In this document: piece by piece, positions 5,583 through 6,615 of the stretch
Numbering within the stretch: the stretch's first letter is position 1
How the letters are laid out: the number at the start of each line of letters is the position of its first letter
Assembly: GCA_964617525.1 (NCBI GenBank)
Contig: CAZTWG010000036.1
Span: forward strand, 1-6,615
From: an uncultured Gammaproteobacteria bacterium
GTDB taxonomy: Bacteria; Patescibacteriota; Patescibacteriia; UBA2591; UBA6264
Direction: 5' to 3'
Length of the DNA: 6,615 nt
Notes under the pieces: generated by a model
Told to the model about the DNA's origin: nothing
What the model saw: the letters and a program-made list of their open reading frames with translations, nothing else
The model's database searches: none
Made by a program: the position numbers and the translations under genes

Positions 5583-5608
5583 GGGGCATGCAATGTGCCC
5601 CTTTTTTT
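5583..5608 (+). terminator. Rho-independent terminator on the plus strand (ends the small-ORF transcript, and possibly the typA transcript)
   Basis: GC-rich stem GGGGCA (5583-5588) / TGCCCC (5596-5601), 7-nt loop, followed by T7 (5602-5608). Confidence 0.8.
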
Positions 5609-5660
5609 ATATTTTTATAATATTTTAAATTAGCTGACCCCAGTGGTCAACTATTATTTT

Positions 5661-6398
5661 TTAGAATATAAATCCGATTATGGCGCCTAGAAAACAAATA
5701 AAACTAAAGATTAATGCAAATTTAAAAAAGTTTATTTTCTTTGCCCAATTAATTAAAAAATGTAAAGTTAGAATTCCTATTAGAAAACTAGAAACTAATG
5801 CAGGCCAAGATTCAGACATTAACGTTGGTTCTTGCAAAAAAAGGTATAAGCTTGAGGCTAAAACAACAGGAATAGACATTAAATACGAAATTTTTAATAT
5901 TTCTTCAGGTTTAGTTTTGCTTAAAGAAAGCCCGAAAATAGTGGACCCAGAACGGGATAATCCCGGAATAACAGCTAAGCCTTGCAAAGATCCGACAATT
6001 AAAGCCAAATTAGACGATTTTATATTAAACTTTGATTTTCTTTTATAGGCATAAGCAGTGCCTAAAAGCCCAAACCCCATCAAAAGAAGCAATCCATTGC
6101 CAAAAACAAAACTTTTTATTACCTTATAAAGAGGGTAGCTAATCGCAAGTGATATAATAGTAGAAATTATTAAAAAACGAAGTAATTCTTTATTTTTAAA
6201 TTTTAAAATTTCTATCAAATCTTTCCTAAAATAAATTATAGCAGCCAACAATGTGCCAAGATGCAAAAAAAGAGCAAGGTCAATTGGGTGGAAATCCTTG
6301 ATTAAAAAATTACTTAATAAAGAGGTTATGCCTTCACTTGAAATTGGTAACCACTCAAAAATTCCCTGGACAATTCCTAAAATAATATAGTTTATCAT
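5661..6398 (-). CDS. uppP: Undecaprenyl-diphosphate phosphatase (UppP/BacA family), short form
   Basis: 245 aa, polytopic and hydrophobic. The N-terminal motif GIVQGIFEWLPISSEG corresponds to the BacA motif E-x-L-P-(V/I)-S-S. The second motif PGLSRSGSTI corresponds to PGxSRSGxTI. Stop codon is TAA. Confidence 0.88.
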   Translation of the reverse strand: MINYIILGIVQGIFEWLPISSEGITSLLSNFLIKDFHPIDLALFLHLGTLLAAIIYFRKDLIEILKFKNKELLRFLIISTIISLAISYPLYKVIKSFVFGNGLLLLMGFGLLGTAYAYKRKSKFNIKSSNLALIVGSLQGLAVIPGLSRSGSTIFGLSLSKTKPEEILKISYLMSIPVVLASSLYLFLQEPTLMSESWPALVSSFLIGILTLHFLINWAKKINFFKFALIFSFICFLGAIIGFIF

Positions 6399-6404
6399 AT
6401 TGAA

Positions 6405-6432
6405 ATAATAGCAGGGAGCCTAGAATTGTCAA
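6405..6432 (-). promoter_or_regulatory. uppP promoter: TTGACAAT, 16-nt spacer, TGcTATTAT (extended -10), then 6 nt to the ATG (likely leaderless)
   Basis: On the minus strand: TTGACA at 6432-6427; TGC at 6413-6411; TATTAT at 6410-6405; TTCAAT at 6404-6399; ATG at 6398-6396. There is no room for an SD. Confidence 0.55.
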
Positions 6433-6453
6433 CTTTTCTTATATTGAGTAATC

Positions 6454-6462
6454 TGCTATAAT
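6454..6462 (+). promoter_or_regulatory. Consensus extended -10 element TGcTATAAT, divergent from uppP and pointing into the repeat array
   Basis: TG at 6454-6455 and TATAAT at 6457-6462. There is no good -35, which extended -10 promoters tolerate. The predicted start is near 6469. Confidence 0.45.
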
Positions 6463-6499
6463 TAAATAACCTTAATTTATATAAAATAATATTTAATAA

Positions 6500-6615
6500 C
6501 AAGGTTCTGCGAAGCAGGTTCTTAAAATTTTTAATTTCAAGGTTCCTGAACGAAGTGAAGGGTTCTTATTCCAAGGTTCTGCGAAGCAGGTTCTTATTCC
6601 AAGGTTCTGCGAAGC
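6500..6615 (+). repeat. Non-coding tandem repeat array: 28-bp unit CAAGGTTCTGCGAAGCAGGTTCTTATTC, cut by the window edge
   Basis: The 25-mer CAAGGTTCTGCGAAGCAGGTTCTTA at 6500-6524 is identical to 6572-6596. A further copy at 6600-6615 is truncated by the window edge. A degenerate, longer copy lies at 6538-6568. GGTTCT or GGTTCC hexamers start at 6503, 6517, 6541, 6561, 6575, 6589 and 6603. There are no unique spacers, so this is not a CRISPR array. Confidence 0.9.

Noticed and set aside
5680-6048. 122-aa ORF on the plus strand
   Set aside because: It is antisense to uppP, whose motifs and transmembrane character are clear. The lysine-rich translation reflects the reverse complement of F/L-rich membrane codons.
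6500-6615. CRISPR array
   Set aside because: The repeats are directly tandem (28-bp period, or 14-bp hexamer phasing) with no unique spacers of about 30 bp. No cas genes are in the window.
6462-6615. An open reading frame through the repeat array (no stop from 6462 to the window end)
   Set aside because: No ATG, GTG or TTG start lies near its 5' end; the only in-frame GTG is at 6555. The 28-bp period shifts the frame from unit to unit. I treat it as non-coding, but the unit is stop-free in all three plus-strand frames, so the continuation should be checked.
1-6615. Alternative genetic code (UGA reassignment, as in some CPR lineages)
   Set aside because: All seven stops seen are TAA or TAG, and no in-frame TGA interrupts the conserved genes under the standard code. 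Seven genes in an AT-rich genome is far too small a sample, and the data are fully compatible with code 11.

Overview
AT-rich, tightly packed bacterial window. The gene style suggests a small-genome organism, possibly Patescibacteria/CPR-like, but that is inference only. All homology calls are from reading the translations by eye; no database search was run.

Six protein genes are well supported:
- GNAT (RimJ/RimL-like) N-acetyltransferase, 148-672 +
- small all-alpha MazG/HisE-like NTP pyrophosphohydrolase, 884-1189 +
- compact two-domain ABC-F ATPase, 1357-2811 +
- basic protein with two CxxC-x17-CxxC zinc-ribbon modules and a lysine-rich tail, 2904-3473 +
- translational GTPase TypA/BipA, 3564-5360 +
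- undecaprenyl-diphosphate phosphatase UppP/BacA, 5661-6398 -

Points worth a second look:
1. The two zinc-ribbon modules are encoded by a 144-bp direct repeat that is 100% identical at the DNA level and in frame.
2. A self-contained mini-gene at 5365-5608 is absent from the ORF track. It has a promoter, the only strong Shine-Dalgarno in the window, a 43-aa extremely basic and aromatic ORF, and an intrinsic terminator.
3. A tandem array of GGTTCT hexamers phased at 14 bp (28-bp unit) carries the GCGAAGC mini-hairpin heptamer. It lies downstream of an extended -10 promoter and runs off the right edge.
4. At the left edge, a perfect 20-bp inverted repeat sits next to a perfect DnaA-box 9-mer, between two facing TTGACAAT boxes.
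5. None of the large genes has a Shine-Dalgarno, and several have a -10 hexamer only 6-8 nt before the ATG, which suggests leaderless mRNAs.

I see no rRNA, tRNA, CRISPR array, transposase or recognisable defence system. No multi-gene novel system can be supported from this sequence alone.
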